Source: Nitratidesulfovibrio sp.
Lineage (GTDB): Bacteria; Desulfobacterota; Desulfovibrionia; Desulfovibrionales; Desulfovibrionaceae
Direction: 5' to 3'
Assembly: GCF_040373385.1 (NCBI RefSeq)
Contig: NZ_JBDXXH010000001.1
Span: 9,191 to 73,190, forward strand
Length of the DNA stretch: 64,000 bases
The notes under the pieces are model-generated. The model did no database searches and was not told where the DNA came from. It was given only the letters and a program-made list of their open reading frames with translations. The position numbers were made by a program, and so were the translations under genes. The stretch's first letter is position 1; each line of letters opens with the position of its first letter. Shown in pieces: positions 47,959-58,179 of this stretch.

Positions 47959-48324
47959 ACGCATCTAAACGCATCTAATCGGAACTGGGCGTAACGGGAG
48001 CAGCTGGGCCGCGAATCCCGTCCGGCGGCTTCCGGTCGGCTCGCGCCGGTTTGCCCCGTGCAGGCCGATCCGGTTCCGGCAGGCGCGGAATACCCCCGGC
48101 TCGCGGTATGGCACGGGCGAATACGCCATGGCAGCCCCGGAATGCATGCCCGCCGGGGCGCGTACCATATTGAAATAGCGCGTGATTTTTCTGCGGCGAA
48201 AAAATTTGCACGTCATTTCCTGCCAAACGCTTGCGTTTTTGGGAAAGGGGTAATATTTCGCAATGTTGTGTGGGTCCGAAAGGCGGACCCTTTCCCGTCC
48301 GTGCGAGAGTCATTCGTGAATACT

Positions 48325-48597
48325 ATGGAAGGCATCAAGACTGTTCAGGGGTACATCGTGCCGCTCACCCTGAAGGGGCACGACGACATGGCCGCCAAGG
48401 TGGCCGTGGCTGCCGGGGATACCGAGTTCCACATCGTTCCGCGCGGTGCCGGTGCCGACCTTGCGGCGCACATCAATGCCCACGTGGAAGTCGTGGGCAC
48501 GGTGCGCGAAAGGGATGGCGAGCTGCTGTTGCAGGTGCGCAGCTACAAGCTCACCGACGGCTACGAGCACGAGTGGTACGACGACGACGTGGAATAG
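48325..48597 (+). CDS. Small hypothetical protein P3 (90 aa), paralogue of P1
   Basis: C-terminal part of track ORF 48058..48597, ATG 48325. An alternative GTG at 48316 has GAGAG 6 nt upstream. MEGIKTVQGYIVPLTLKGHDDMAAKVAVAAGDTEFHIVPRGAGADLAAHINAHVEVVGTVRERDGELLLQVRSYKLTDGYEHEWYDDDVE. Confidence 0.6.
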   Translation: MEGIKTVQGYIVPLTLKGHDDMAAKVAVAAGDTEFHIVPRGAGADLAAHINAHVEVVGTVRERDGELLLQVRSYKLTDGYEHEWYDDDVE

Positions 48598-48860
48598 CGC
48601 CGTCACATCCTGCCCTGGGTAACCGTCGTCAGGTAGCTGCCGTCAGGTAGTCGCCGTCGGATTTTCACATGGTGCGTGCGGGCCCTGGCCGCGCGGCTCT
48701 CCGTGCTTGTCGCGCTTTCCGGAGGCGTCCTGCGCCGCCGCATGCCTTCCTTGCCTGCCTTCCGTTTTCCCCTGCTCCCCCCACCCGGATGTGTCCCGCA
48801 TCGCTTTCGCAGTCGCGTTCGTGGTGACGTCCGTCCTGTCGAACCAGCCCCTCACAGCGC

Positions 48861-48912
48861 CGACCCCATCCGGCCCCATCCGGCCCCGTCCGGCCCCATC
48901 CGGCCCCATCCG
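48861..48912. repeat. 10-bp tandem repeat (CGGCCCCATC) x about 5
   Basis: cgaccccatc cggccccatc cggccccgtc cggccccatc cggccccatc cg.., in the spacer upstream of the STAS-MlaE gene. Confidence 0.85.
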
Positions 48913-48978
48913 AATCGTTCCGGACCGGCCGCGTCCGGTGCCCTTGGCGCGGCCCATGGGGCATGGTAGATTGGTCGC

Positions 48979-50283
48979 ATGCGCGAAACCGCTCCTCCGT
49001 TCCGAGAACCTACCCTCAAGGGCGACTACCGGCGTCCCGACCCGGACGCCCACGCCGGGCCGCACGAGCCGCGGCTGGCCTGCACGCCCGCCGCGTCGTG
49101 CACGGAGCCCGGCCCGGGCCATGGGACGACCAACGGGCCGGACAATGGGGCGGGTTCCGGCGCGCGCGAACAGGTGCTCACCTTTTCCGGAGTGTGGGAC
49201 GTGGCCTCCATCGGCCGCATGACCGCCCGGCTGCTGCGCCGTTGTGCCGAGGTGGGTGACACCTGCGCGGTGCAGGACGATGCCTCCGTGGTGCATCTGG
49301 ACCTGACCGAGGTATCCCGCCTGGACACCGCCGGGGCGCAGCTGTTGTGCCGGGCTGCGGCCAGCATGGCGGCGGCGGGGGCGCACGTGGTGTGGCATGT
49401 GCCGGACCCCGGCCAGTCCATGCTGCTGGACCGGGTACGGGCCATCGACATTTCCGCGGTGCCGCGCGCGCGCCGGGTATCCCCGGTGCTGGGCGCGCTG
49501 AACGCCATTGGCGCGTCCATCGTCGAGGAACTGGAGCAGGTGCGCGCCATCACGGGCTTTCTGGGCATGTTCCTGGTCTCGCTGGCCGCCGCAGCGGTCA
49601 GGCCATGGCGGCTGCGCTGGGTGTCCATCGTGCACCACATGGAGCAGACGGGCATCCAGGCCGTGCCCATCGTGGCCCTGCTGACCTTTCTCATTGGGCT
49701 GGTGACCGCGTACATGGGGTCGGAGCAGTTCACCCGCTTCGGCGCGCAGGTGTTCGTGGTGAACCTGATAGAGGTTTCCACCCTGCGCGAGTTGGGCGTG
49801 CTGCTGACGGCGCTCATCGTGGCGGGCCGTTCCGGCTCGTCGTTCACCGCCCAGATCGGGGCCATGGTGGCCAACGAAGAGGTGGACGCCATGCGCTCCA
49901 TGGGGCTGGACCCCATGGAGGTGCTGGTGATTCCCCGCGTGGTGGCCCTGGTGCTGATGCTGCCGGTGCTCACCTTCATTGCCGATTTCATGGGCGTGCT
50001 GGGCGGGGGGGTGGCCTCGTGGCTGTCACTGGGCATCTCGCCCGGCGCGTTCGCCGTGCGCTTCCTGGAGATCACCCGGCTGGCCAACTTCGTGACCGGG
50101 CTGGTCAAGGCCCCGTTCTTTGCGCTGATCATCGGCATTGTGGGGTGCTTCCAGGGCTTTCGGGTGACCGGCAGCGCGGAATCTGTGGGGCGGTTGACTA
50201 CCCAGGCGGTGGTGGAATCGATCTTCCTGGTCATCGTGGCCAACGCGGGTTTCGCCATCCTGTTCATGTCGCTGGGGGTGTAG
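48979..50283 (+). CDS. MlaE-family ABC transporter permease with N-terminal STAS domain
   Basis: 434-aa ORF. STAS-like VLTFSGVWDVASIGRMTARLL..VVHLDLTEVSRLDTAGAQLL. MlaE core ..QTGIQAVPIVALLTFLIGLV..IVAGRSGSSFTAQIGAMVANEEVDAMRSMGLDP.. Confidence 0.85.
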   Translation: MRETAPPFREPTLKGDYRRPDPDAHAGPHEPRLACTPAASCTEPGPGHGTTNGPDNGAGSGAREQVLTFSGVWDVASIGRMTARLLRRCAEVGDTCAVQDDASVVHLDLTEVSRLDTAGAQLLCRAAASMAAAGAHVVWHVPDPGQSMLLDRVRAIDISAVPRARRVSPVLGALNAIGASIVEELEQVRAITGFLGMFLVSLAAAAVRPWRLRWVSIVHHMEQTGIQAVPIVALLTFLIGLVTAYMGSEQFTRFGAQVFVVNLIEVSTLRELGVLLTALIVAGRSGSSFTAQIGAMVANEEVDAMRSMGLDPMEVLVIPRVVALVLMLPVLTFIADFMGVLGGGVASWLSLGISPGAFAVRFLEITRLANFVTGLVKAPFFALIIGIVGCFQGFRVTGSAESVGRLTTQAVVESIFLVIVANAGFAILFMSLGV

Positions 50284-50284
50284 G

Positions 50285-51103
50285 GTGACGGACACTCCCA
50301 TAATCTCGCTGCGCGGCATCGCCAACCGCTTCGGCTCGCTGACGGTGCACGAGAACCTGGACCTGGACGTGCGGCCCGGCGAAGTGCTGGGACTCATCGG
50401 GGGGTCCGGCTCGGGAAAATCCGTGCTGCTGCGCACCATCCTTGGCCTGCGCCGCCCCCAGGCGGGCGATGTGCGCGTGCTGGGGGTGGACATCACCCAT
50501 TCCGACGAGAGCGCACGGCGTGCCGTGCGCCGCCAGTGGGGGGTGCTGTTTCAGGACGGGGCGCTGTTCTCGTCGCTGTCGGTCATCGAGAACATCAAGG
50601 TGCCCCTGCGCGAATTCACCAACCTGTCGCCCGAAACCATGGACGACGTGGCCGCCCTGAAGCTGCGCATGGTGGGCCTGGCGCCCGAGGCGGCGCTGAA
50701 ATATCCGTCCGAACTTTCCGGCGGCATGCGCAAGCGCGCGGGGCTTGCCCGTGCCCTGGTCATGGACCCGGCGGTGGTGTTCCTGGACGAACCCACGGCC
50801 GGGCTCGACCCCATCGGCGCGGCGTCCTTCGACGCGCTGATCGCGGACCTGCGCGATGCGCTGGGGCTGACCGTGGTCATGGTCACCCACGACCTGGATT
50901 CGCTGTATGCCGTGTGCGACCGGGTGGCCGTGCTGGCCGAAAGGCGCATCTACGCCGTGGGGGCCATCGACGAGTTGCTGCGGGTGGACCACCCGTGGCT
51001 GCGCGAATATTTCACGGGGCCGCGCGGGCGCGTGGCCGCCGGTGTGGCTGAAGTGTCGGGCCACGCGGGGCATGCCGGGCATGCCCCGGCCCAAGGGAGA
51101 TGA
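50285..51103 (+). CDS. MlaF-like ABC transporter ATP-binding protein
   Basis: 272-aa ORF (GTG start). Walker A GGSGSGKS, signature LSGGMRKRAGLARAL, Walker B VVFLDEPTAGLD. Confidence 0.9.
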   Translation: MTDTPIISLRGIANRFGSLTVHENLDLDVRPGEVLGLIGGSGSGKSVLLRTILGLRRPQAGDVRVLGVDITHSDESARRAVRRQWGVLFQDGALFSSLSVIENIKVPLREFTNLSPETMDDVAALKLRMVGLAPEAALKYPSELSGGMRKRAGLARALVMDPAVVFLDEPTAGLDPIGAASFDALIADLRDALGLTVVMVTHDLDSLYAVCDRVAVLAERRIYAVGAIDELLRVDHPWLREYFTGPRGRVAAGVAEVSGHAGHAGHAPAQGR

Positions 51104-51104
51104 C

Positions 51105-52028
51105 ATGGAGATCAGGGCAAGCTACGTGCTGGTCGGGGTGTTCACGCTCATGGCCGTGGTGGGGGCGCTGGCCTTCATCCTGTGGACGGCCGGGCGCGGC
51201 AGCGGCGTGGACCTCGTGCAGTACGACATCAATTTCACCGGGCACGTTTCCGGCCTCAGCGTGGCCAACGACGTGCTGTTCAACGGGGTGAAGGTGGGCT
51301 CGGTGAAGGCCATCACCATCAGCCCCACCGACCCTGGCCGGGTCAAGGTGCGCATCGAGATCGCAGCCGATACCCCCGTGCGCGAAGACTCCATGGCCTC
51401 GCTGGAGGCGCGCGGCATTACCGGCGTGACCGTGGTGCAGATTTCCGGCGGCACGGCCACAAGCCCGCTGCTCAAGGCGAGCCCCGGCGAAGAGGTGGCG
51501 GTGATTCCCGCCCAGCTTTCGCGGCTGGAGGCCCTGTTCGCCGGGTTGCCCGCCGTGGTTTCCGACAGCCGCGAACTTGTCCAGCGCATCGCGGGCATGG
51601 CCGACGACGAGAACCGCCGGGCGCTGGCGCAGACCCTGCAATCGCTGGACGTGCTCACCGCGCGGCTGGCCGCGCGGGCCGACACCATGGACCGCATCAT
51701 CGGCAACCTGGACGTGACCACCCGGCGCCTGGCCAACGCATCCGCCGGGCTGGAAGGGGCCACCGGCGATGTGCGCGACTACCTGCGCACCGACCTGCGC
51801 GATTCCACCCGCGCCGTGGGCGACATGGCCCGGCGCATGGACGGCATGGTGGCCCGCGCCGAGCCCGGCGTGGCCAAATTCACGGGCGAGGGGCTGGAAG
51901 ACATGCGCCGCCTGCTGGCCGAGGCGCGTCAGTTGATGGCCACGCTGGATCGGCTGGCCCACAAGGTGGAAAGCGACCCCCGCCGCTTCCTGTTCGGCAA
52001 CCCCGTACCGGAGTATGATGCCCGATGA
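51105..52028 (+). CDS. MlaD/MCE-domain substrate-binding protein
   Basis: ORF 50907..52028 trimmed to ATG 51105 (AAGGGAGA upstream). N-terminal TM anchor MEIRASYVLVGVFTLMAVVGALAFILW. MCE core GLSVANDVLFNGVKVGSVKAI. Long helical C-terminus. Confidence 0.85.
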   Translation: MEIRASYVLVGVFTLMAVVGALAFILWTAGRGSGVDLVQYDINFTGHVSGLSVANDVLFNGVKVGSVKAITISPTDPGRVKVRIEIAADTPVREDSMASLEARGITGVTVVQISGGTATSPLLKASPGEEVAVIPAQLSRLEALFAGLPAVVSDSRELVQRIAGMADDENRRALAQTLQSLDVLTARLAARADTMDRIIGNLDVTTRRLANASAGLEGATGDVRDYLRTDLRDSTRAVGDMARRMDGMVARAEPGVAKFTGEGLEDMRRLLAEARQLMATLDRLAHKVESDPRRFLFGNPVPEYDAR

Positions 52029-52756
52029 TGCCCGCCACCTTCCCGTGCCCGCCGGTTTCGTGCGTGTTCCCGCCGTGCATGTCCCTTTTGCGCGCATTCG
52101 TTGCGGGCGTGTTCCGCTCCGCGCGTCGGGGGCAGTGGCTGTGGCTGCCGCTGCTTGGCCTGCTGCTGGCGGTGCTGCCCGGCTGCGCCCGTGTGCTGGA
52201 CCCCGGCCCCGCACCCACCCACCTGTTGCTGTCCCCCGCCATGCCCGGCCCGGGCGCGGGCGGTCCCATCCATCTGCAACTGGCCGTGTCCCTGCCGGAA
52301 ACCAGCCGCATGCTGGATACCGACCGCATCGTGCTGGTGCTGGGGGGCGCGACCGGGCGCGAGGTGCGCCAGTACGCCGAGGCCAAGTGGACCAGCCCCG
52401 CCCCCCGCCTGGTGCAGCGGCTGCTGGTGGAAGCCTTTGAACGCAACGGACGGCTGGACGGCGCGGCAGAGGAATCGGCGGGCATCTACCCCGACTACCG
52501 GCTGATGACCGACCTGCGCCGCTTCAACACCCGCATGGGCGAGGGGGCCGCGCCCCTGATCGAGGTGGAATTGGCCCTGCGCCTGGTGGACCTGAAGACC
52601 GGGCGCATCGTGGCCTTTACGGCCATCGGGCGCGACTGCCCCGCCGCAGGGTCCGCCCTGACGCAGGTGGCCGCAGCCTTCGAGACGGCCATGGGCGACG
52701 TGCTGGCGCGGGCCACCGCCTGGAGCCTTGAGGCCATGGCTGCCGCACGTTCCTGA
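52025..52756 (+). CDS. ABC-type transport auxiliary lipoprotein (PqiC/YmbA-like, DUF330-type)
   Basis: The start overlaps the mlaD stop (ATGA); an internal start at MSLLRAF (52079) is possible. Lipobox LLLAVLPGC. ..[33 protein letters not shown].. Confidence 0.75.
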   Translation: MMPATFPCPPVSCVFPPCMSLLRAFVAGVFRSARRGQWLWLPLLGLLLAVLPGCARVLDPGPAPTHLLLSPAMPGPGAGGPIHLQLAVSLPETSRMLDTDRIVLVLGGATGREVRQYAEAKWTSPAPRLVQRLLVEAFERNGRLDGAAEESAGIYPDYRLMTDLRRFNTRMGEGAAPLIEVELALRLVDLKTGRIVAFTAIGRDCPAAGSALTQVAAAFETAMGDVLARATAWSLEAMAAARS

Positions 52757-53019
52757 CGCGGTGCCCGGCCGGGCGGTTTCCGCCGTTTCCGCACCGGGTC
52801 GGGATGCCGTGGCTGCCGACCTTTCCGGTTTTTCCGCCGTTGTATTCCCTCTCCATCTCCGCATGTCATCGGGGCCGGGCGTGTCCGGCCCCGTTCCTTT
52901 TCCCGCGCGGTATTTTTTGCGGCGTGGGACTATCGCCAATATGGACAGCGTGCTACGCTTGCACCCTCTGGTTTTGCTGTGCCGCTCTCGGGGGAGGGCT
53001 GCAACAGGCGAGGTGGTCC

Positions 53020-55065
53020 ATGGGCTGGAATCTTCGCAACCGTTTCCTCGTGCCGACGCTGGGGCTGGTGCTCGTCGGCATGGTCGTGTCCTCGTGGCTG
53101 TCGTACTCCGTGTCGGAAGACGCCTTGCATCAGGCCATCAATGCCCAGTCGGAAATGATGGTGCGCGCCGCCATGGGTGAACTGGGCAGGCGCGTGCAGG
53201 ACCAGCGCGATGACATCGCCACCCAGGCCACCCGCAACGTTCTGCTCGACGTGCTGCGCGTGCCCCCCGGTGGCGACAAGGCCGCTGCGGTGCGGCGCGC
53301 CAACGAGGCCCTGCGCCAGGTGGTGGCCACCTATGACGTGTATCAGGTGGTCAACGTGCTGGGGCCGGACGGCATCGTGGCGGCCAGCAACCTGGACGAA
53401 TCCGTGGGCAAGGAGAACCGCGCCAGCCGCGACTACTTCAAGCGCGGCATGCAGGGCGAGGCCACCGTGTCCGAGCCGCTCATGAGCATGACCACCAACA
53501 CACCGGTTGTCGTGGTGGCCGCGCCCCTCAAGGTGGACGGCAAGGTGGCGGGCGTGGTCTACGGTTCGGTGGATCTTGGCAGGTACGCCAAGGAATTCAT
53601 CAATCCCATTAAGATCGGCAAGACCGGCTACGCCTTTCTGGTGGCGGGCAGCGGCAAGCTCATCGCCCACCCCGATCCTTCGCTGATCCTCAAGACCGAC
53701 ATCAGCGAACTGGACTGGGGCAAGAAGGTGCTGGCCCAGCGTACGGGCAGCATCGCCTATCCGTGGCAGGGAATTACCAAGTACGCGTACTTCGCGGAAG
53801 AACCATCCACGAAGTGGATCATGTGCGTTACCGTGGACGAAAGCGACGTCAGCGACCCGGTGGCCGCCATCCGCAACGTGAGCGTGGCCGCCACAACGAT
53901 CATCTTGCTTCTGGTGGGCACGGTGATCTTTTTCATCGTGCGCAACATCGTGAACGCGCTGGGCAAGGGCGTGGAATTTGCCAGCGCCGTGGCAGAGGGC
54001 GACCTGTCGCGGCAGTTGGACGTGGCCCGGTCCGACGAGATAGGCACGCTGGCCAATGCCCTGCGCACCATGGTGGACCGGCTGAAGGACATGATCGCCA
54101 CCTCGGAGCAGAAAACCCGCGAGGCCGAGGAGCAGGGGGCGCAGGCCCGACGCGCCATGGCCGAGGCCGAGACAGCCCGCGCCGAGGCGGAACGCGCCAA
54201 GAGCGAGGGCATGCAGCAGGCCGCCGCGCGGCTGGAGGTCATCGTGGACCGGGTGGGATCCGCATCCGAGGAACTGGCCGCCCAGATCGAGCAGGCCAGC
54301 CGGGGTGCCGACGTGCAGCGGGAACGCACGGGCGAGACCGCCACGGCCATGGAGGAGATGAATTCCACGGTCATGGAGGTGGCCCGCAACGCCTCGTCTG
54401 CCGCCGACAATGCGGAAAAGGCCCGCCGCCAGGCGGAAGACGGCGAGGGCATCGTGCATTCGGTGGTGGAGGCCATAGAGGACGTCAACGACAAGACCGC
54501 CCTGCTGCGGGGCAGCCTGCACGAACTGGGCGACCGGGCCGAGTCCATCGGGCAGATTCTGAACGTGATCAGCGACATTGCCGACCAGACCAACCTGCTG
54601 GCGCTGAATGCCGCCATCGAGGCGGCGCGGGCAGGCGATGCCGGGCGCGGCTTTGCCGTGGTGGCCGACGAGGTGCGCAAGCTGGCGGAAAAGACCATGA
54701 ACGCCACCCGAGAGGTGGGCGATGCCGTGCGGGCCATCCAGGGCTCATCGCGCGAGAACGTGCGGGGCATGGAAGAAGCGTCCATGTCCGTGGGCCGCAG
54801 CACCGAGCTTGCCACCATGGCCGGGGATGCGCTGCGGGTGATTGTGGACGTGGTGCAGGAAACCGCCGACCGGGTGCGGGCCATTGCCACGGCGGCGGAG
54901 GAGCAGTCCGCGGCCAGCGAGGAAATCAACCGGGGCACGGACGAGGTGAACCGCATCGCGGCGGAGACGGCCGAGGTCATGGGGCAGTCGTCCCAGGCCG
55001 TGGCCGAGTTGGCCCGCATGGGGCAGGAACTGCAGCAGTTGGTGGAGCAGCTGAAGCGGGGGTAG
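53020..55065 (+). CDS. Methyl-accepting chemotaxis protein (dCache-type periplasmic sensor + HAMP + MA domain)
   Basis: ORF 52804..55065 trimmed to ATG 53020 (GAGGTGG upstream). TM1 [19 protein letters not shown]. Cache-like ..[36 protein letters not shown]. Signalling hairpin ..[53 protein letters not shown]. Confidence 0.9.
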   Translation: MGWNLRNRFLVPTLGLVLVGMVVSSWLSYSVSEDALHQAINAQSEMMVRAAMGELGRRVQDQRDDIATQATRNVLLDVLRVPPGGDKAAAVRRANEALRQVVATYDVYQVVNVLGPDGIVAASNLDESVGKENRASRDYFKRGMQGEATVSEPLMSMTTNTPVVVVAAPLKVDGKVAGVVYGSVDLGRYAKEFINPIKIGKTGYAFLVAGSGKLIAHPDPSLILKTDISELDWGKKVLAQRTGSIAYPWQGITKYAYFAEEPSTKWIMCVTVDESDVSDPVAAIRNVSVAATTIILLLVGTVIFFIVRNIVNALGKGVEFASAVAEGDLSRQLDVARSDEIGTLANALRTMVDRLKDMIATSEQKTREAEEQGAQARRAMAEAETARAEAERAKSEGMQQAAARLEVIVDRVGSASEELAAQIEQASRGADVQRERTGETATAMEEMNSTVMEVARNASSAADNAEKARRQAEDGEGIVHSVVEAIEDVNDKTALLRGSLHELGDRAESIGQILNVISDIADQTNLLALNAAIEAARAGDAGRGFAVVADEVRKLAEKTMNATREVGDAVRAIQGSSRENVRGMEEASMSVGRSTELATMAGDALRVIVDVVQETADRVRAIATAAEEQSAASEEINRGTDEVNRIAAETAEVMGQSSQAVAELARMGQELQQLVEQLKRG

Positions 55066-55100
55066 GCGGCGCGCTGCGCCTTATATATTGATGCAAAGGG

Positions 55101-55131
55101 ACGGGCCGTCCGGCTATGCCGGGCGGCCCGT
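55101..55131. terminator. Hairpin between convergent MCP and cbiL genes
   Basis: acgggccgtccgg-ctatg-ccgggcggcccgt (13-bp stem, one mismatch). Confidence 0.5.
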
Positions 55132-55169
55132 TGACGTTCATGGCGGATTGGGGGGGGAGTCGGGAAAGG

Positions 55170-55949
55170 CTATGCCTCGCCGGTATCGTCCCCGGAATCG
55201 GCACCGGTGCGGGCCTTGGGCACCAGCAGCAGGGTCAGGTAGTGCGGCGCGTCCGGGGCATCGGCCAGGGTAGGGGATATGACTTCGCCCGGCAGCCCCA
55301 GGCGCGAGACGAACACCGCCTGTTCCGCCGCGCCCTGGTCAGTCAGCACCCGGCGGATTTCCGGAAACTTGCGGTACGCCTTCAGGATCACCACGTTGTC
55401 CGCGCCCGCCACGTCGGCGGCCAGTTTGTCCGTGCCGTTTACGCCGGGCACCAGCAGCAGGGTTTCGTCCGCCTCGCACAGGATGGTGCGGGTGCGGGCG
55501 GCCGCCGCCTGGTACGAGGTGACGCCCGGCACCACCTGCACCGCGTCTTGGGGCAGGTCCGGGGCCACCCGGCGCAGGGTGCGCAGCAGGTAGCCGAAGG
55601 TGGAATAGATCAGCGGGTCGCCCAGAGTCAGGAAGGCGGCGTCCTCGCCCTTGCGCAGGGTGTCGGCCACGGCGTGGGCGTTGGCCTCCCACGCGGCGGC
55701 CAGGGCTGCCTTGTCGCGGGTCATGGGAAAGCCCAGCGTCTCTATGCGTACGTCGGCGGGCAGATGGGGCCGGGCAATGTCCAGCGCCACCGAGTAGTCG
55801 TTGCGCGTGGATGCGGCGGCGAACACCACGTGCACCCGCGACAGGGCGTTGACGGCGCGCAGGGTCAGCAGGTCCGGTTCGCCGGGGCCGACGCCGATGC
55901 CGAACAGGGTGCCGCAGGCGGGCCGGGAAGTATCGTGGAAGGCGGGCAT
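55170..55949 (-). CDS. cbiL: Precorrin-2 / cobalt-factor II C20-methyltransferase
   Basis: ORF 55170..56021 trimmed to ATG 55949 (AAGAGG upstream). LFGIGVGPGEPDLLTLRAVNAL..LTLGDPLIYSTFGYL..VVPGVTSYQAAAA. Confidence 0.85.
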   Translation of the reverse strand: MPAFHDTSRPACGTLFGIGVGPGEPDLLTLRAVNALSRVHVVFAAASTRNDYSVALDIARPHLPADVRIETLGFPMTRDKAALAAAWEANAHAVADTLRKGEDAAFLTLGDPLIYSTFGYLLRTLRRVAPDLPQDAVQVVPGVTSYQAAAARTRTILCEADETLLLVPGVNGTDKLAADVAGADNVVILKAYRKFPEIRRVLTDQGAAEQAVFVSRLGLPGEVISPTLADAPDAPHYLTLLLVPKARTGADSGDDTGEA

Positions 55950-56045
55950 GAAAAACCTCTTGGGGCTATGCGCGGTCGGTCCGTGTCCGGCAAGCCGTGG
56001 GGCAAGCCTGGGGCAGGACAACCATGGGGTTCAGGGGACGGCCTG

Positions 56046-57173
56046 TCAGGGGATGATTTTTTGCCCGGGGATGTTCTTTCCGGGGGAAGGGGGCGTGGCC
56101 GGGGTGGTGCCCCATACATCGGGGTGCAGGTACCGGGCAAGTTCCTCTGCCGCGTCCACGGCGCGGGGGCCGGGGCGGGAGTAGCGCGCCTCGTCCACTT
56201 CACGCACGTGGCCGTTCCGGACGGCGGACAGGACTGCGTAGTGGGAACGCGTGGCGGGTGGTTCCGGCTCCGGGTTCATGGGGCCGCGTTGCAGCAGGTA
56301 CACATCGGGGTTCAGGCGCAGCAGTTCCTCTTCGCTCAGGCGGGTCACCCGGCCTTCGGCGGTGACGCAGTTGCGGCCGCCCGCACGGGCGATGATGTCG
56401 GTGACGATGGAATCGGTTCCGGCGGCCAGCAGGTTGGGGTGGCGCACTTCGAAAAACACCGAGGGGCGGGGACGGCCCGCCACCCGCGCTGCCACCGCGT
56501 CCAGTCGGGCGCGCAGGGCCGCTTCCAGCGTGGCGGCTCGCTGCGGCTCGCCGGTCAGGGTGCCCACCCGGCGCAGCACGCCGAACAATTCCTCGAACGA
56601 TCCCACGCGGAACACCGCCACGGGAATGCCCAGGGCGCGCAGGCCTTCCACGGCCTCGCCCGCCTCGCGGCGGCCCTCCATCTGCAACACCAGGTCCGGG
56701 GCCACGGCGGCCACCATTTCCGGGCTGGGCCGCATGTGTGTGCCGATGACCGGCAACTGGCGAATGGCTGCGGGTTCCTCGTCGGCGGCGGTGCGCGCTG
56801 CTATGCGGTCGGTCAGGTTCATGGCTGCCAGCAGTTCGTTGAACGCCCCGTACAGGGCCACGATGCGTCGGGCAGGGTGGGGCAGGCGCACCTGGCGCCC
56901 GGTGTCGTCGGTGATGGAGACCGGCCCGTCTGCCTGTTCTGCAGGCAGACCGGCAGGCAGACCGGCAGCCAGACCAGCAAGCAGACCGGCAGGCTGCGCG
57001 TCCGTCTGCCTGTCCGGCTGCACGGCACGGGCAACGGTGGGGGCGGTAACGCTGATGGCCAGTGCGGCCAGCAGGAGCAGAACCAGGTGCAGCGCCGGGC
57101 ATGGGCGAGGGATGGGCGTTGCCGCCGCCTTCGTGGTGGGCTGGTGAGTGACGGAGTGCATGCTGTCAGTCAT
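56046..57173 (-). CDS. ABC transporter periplasmic substrate-binding protein (BtuF/FecB-type, iron-chelate/corrinoid class)
   Basis: ORF 56046..57311 trimmed to ATG 57173 (GGGAG upstream). Signal ..LHLVLLLLAALAISVTAPTVARA. (P)AGL-repeat linker. ..RIVALYGAFNELLAAMNL..PDLVLQ.. Confidence 0.8.
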   Translation of the reverse strand: MTDSMHSVTHQPTTKAAATPIPRPCPALHLVLLLLAALAISVTAPTVARAVQPDRQTDAQPAGLLAGLAAGLPAGLPAEQADGPVSITDDTGRQVRLPHPARRIVALYGAFNELLAAMNLTDRIAARTAADEEPAAIRQLPVIGTHMRPSPEMVAAVAPDLVLQMEGRREAGEAVEGLRALGIPVAVFRVGSFEELFGVLRRVGTLTGEPQRAATLEAALRARLDAVAARVAGRPRPSVFFEVRHPNLLAAGTDSIVTDIIARAGGRNCVTAEGRVTRLSEEELLRLNPDVYLLQRGPMNPEPEPPATRSHYAVLSAVRNGHVREVDEARYSRPGPRAVDAAEELARYLHPDVWGTTPATPPSPGKNIPGQKIIP

Positions 57174-58179
57174 CCTGTGCTCCCGTGGCAAGGGGAGGGG
57201 CCTGCCCGGCGATTTCGGATGTGCCGGGGCGCGTTGCGGGTGTCGCGGGGCGGGACTGCGCCTGTCCGGAAACGTCGGACAGCGGCGGTGCAGATTCCGA
57301 AAGTTGTGCATCTTGCAGATGTTGCGAGTGCTTGCAATCTTTCGCGTCTGCCACTGTCCCCCCCGTGGAGGTCGCGGGCAGCCCCATGAGCCTGTCCGTC
57401 CGGAATGCCCCCGGCACGTAGCAGGCCTGGGGAGCGCCGGTGATCGGGTGGGGCTGCACCGTCACGGGGGTCTCGTACACCTCGGACAGCACGGCGGCGG
57501 TGAAGGTGCGCTCCACCGGGCCATCTTCCACCACGTGGCCATGTTTCAGGAATATCAGGCGGGTACAGTACAAGGCGGCCAGGTTCAGGTCGTGCACGGC
57601 AGCCATGACGCGTGCCCCGGCCCGGTGGCGGGCGTGCAGCAGATCCAGGATGTCCAGGGCGCGGGCCACGTCCAGCCCTGCGGTGGCCTCGTCCAGCAAC
57701 AGGGTGTCCGCACCCTGGGCCAGCGCGCGGGCCAGCAGCACCCGTTGCAGTTCACCCCCGGACAGGGTGCGCGCGCCGCGCGCCGCAAGATGGGCGCAGC
57801 CGGTATCGCGCAGGGCGGCCAGCGCGGCGGCGTGGTCGTCCGGGCCGTAGCCGCCCAGCAGGGTGGTGTGCGGGTAGCGTCCCATGAGCACCAGCGACAG
57901 GGCGTCCAGGTCGGGAATGTGTTCCGGGCGTTGCGGCACGGCGGCGATGCGCCGGGCGCGCTCGCGCGGGCGCAGGCGGTGCAGGGGGGCGCCGTCCAGG
58001 GTCACCGTGCCGGAGCGCGGGGCCAGCACGCCGGACAGCACCAGCAGCAGGGTGGTCTTGCCGCTGCCGTTGGGTCCAAGCAGCCCCACCAGTTCGCCGG
58101 GTGCCACGGACAGGGAAACGCCGCGCAGCACGTCGTCCGCATCGCCGTATCCGGCATGCAGGCGGGAAAGTTCGATCAT
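57166..58179 (-). CDS. ABC transporter ATP-binding protein (FecE/BtuD-type) with ~80-aa C-terminal extension
   Basis: ORF 57166..59313 trimmed to ATG 58179 (MIELSRLHAGYG..). GPNGSGKTTLL, LSGGELQRVLLARAL, LLLDEATAGLD. Confidence 0.88.
   Translation of the reverse strand: MIELSRLHAGYGDADDVLRGVSLSVAPGELVGLLGPNGSGKTTLLLVLSGVLAPRSGTVTLDGAPLHRLRPRERARRIAAVPQRPEHIPDLDALSLVLMGRYPHTTLLGGYGPDDHAAALAALRDTGCAHLAARGARTLSGGELQRVLLARALAQGADTLLLDEATAGLDVARALDILDLLHARHRAGARVMAAVHDLNLAALYCTRLIFLKHGHVVEDGPVERTFTAAVLSEVYETPVTVQPHPITGAPQACYVPGAFRTDRLMGLPATSTGGTVADAKDCKHSQHLQDAQLSESAPPLSDVSGQAQSRPATPATRPGTSEIAGQAPPLATGAQDD

Noticed and set aside
47950-47985. Short direct repeat (gcatcta x3) immediately after the P2 stop codon.
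   Set aside because: It spans only about 30 bp and supplies stops in several frames. No further structure or partner element was found, so it is probably slippage debris.
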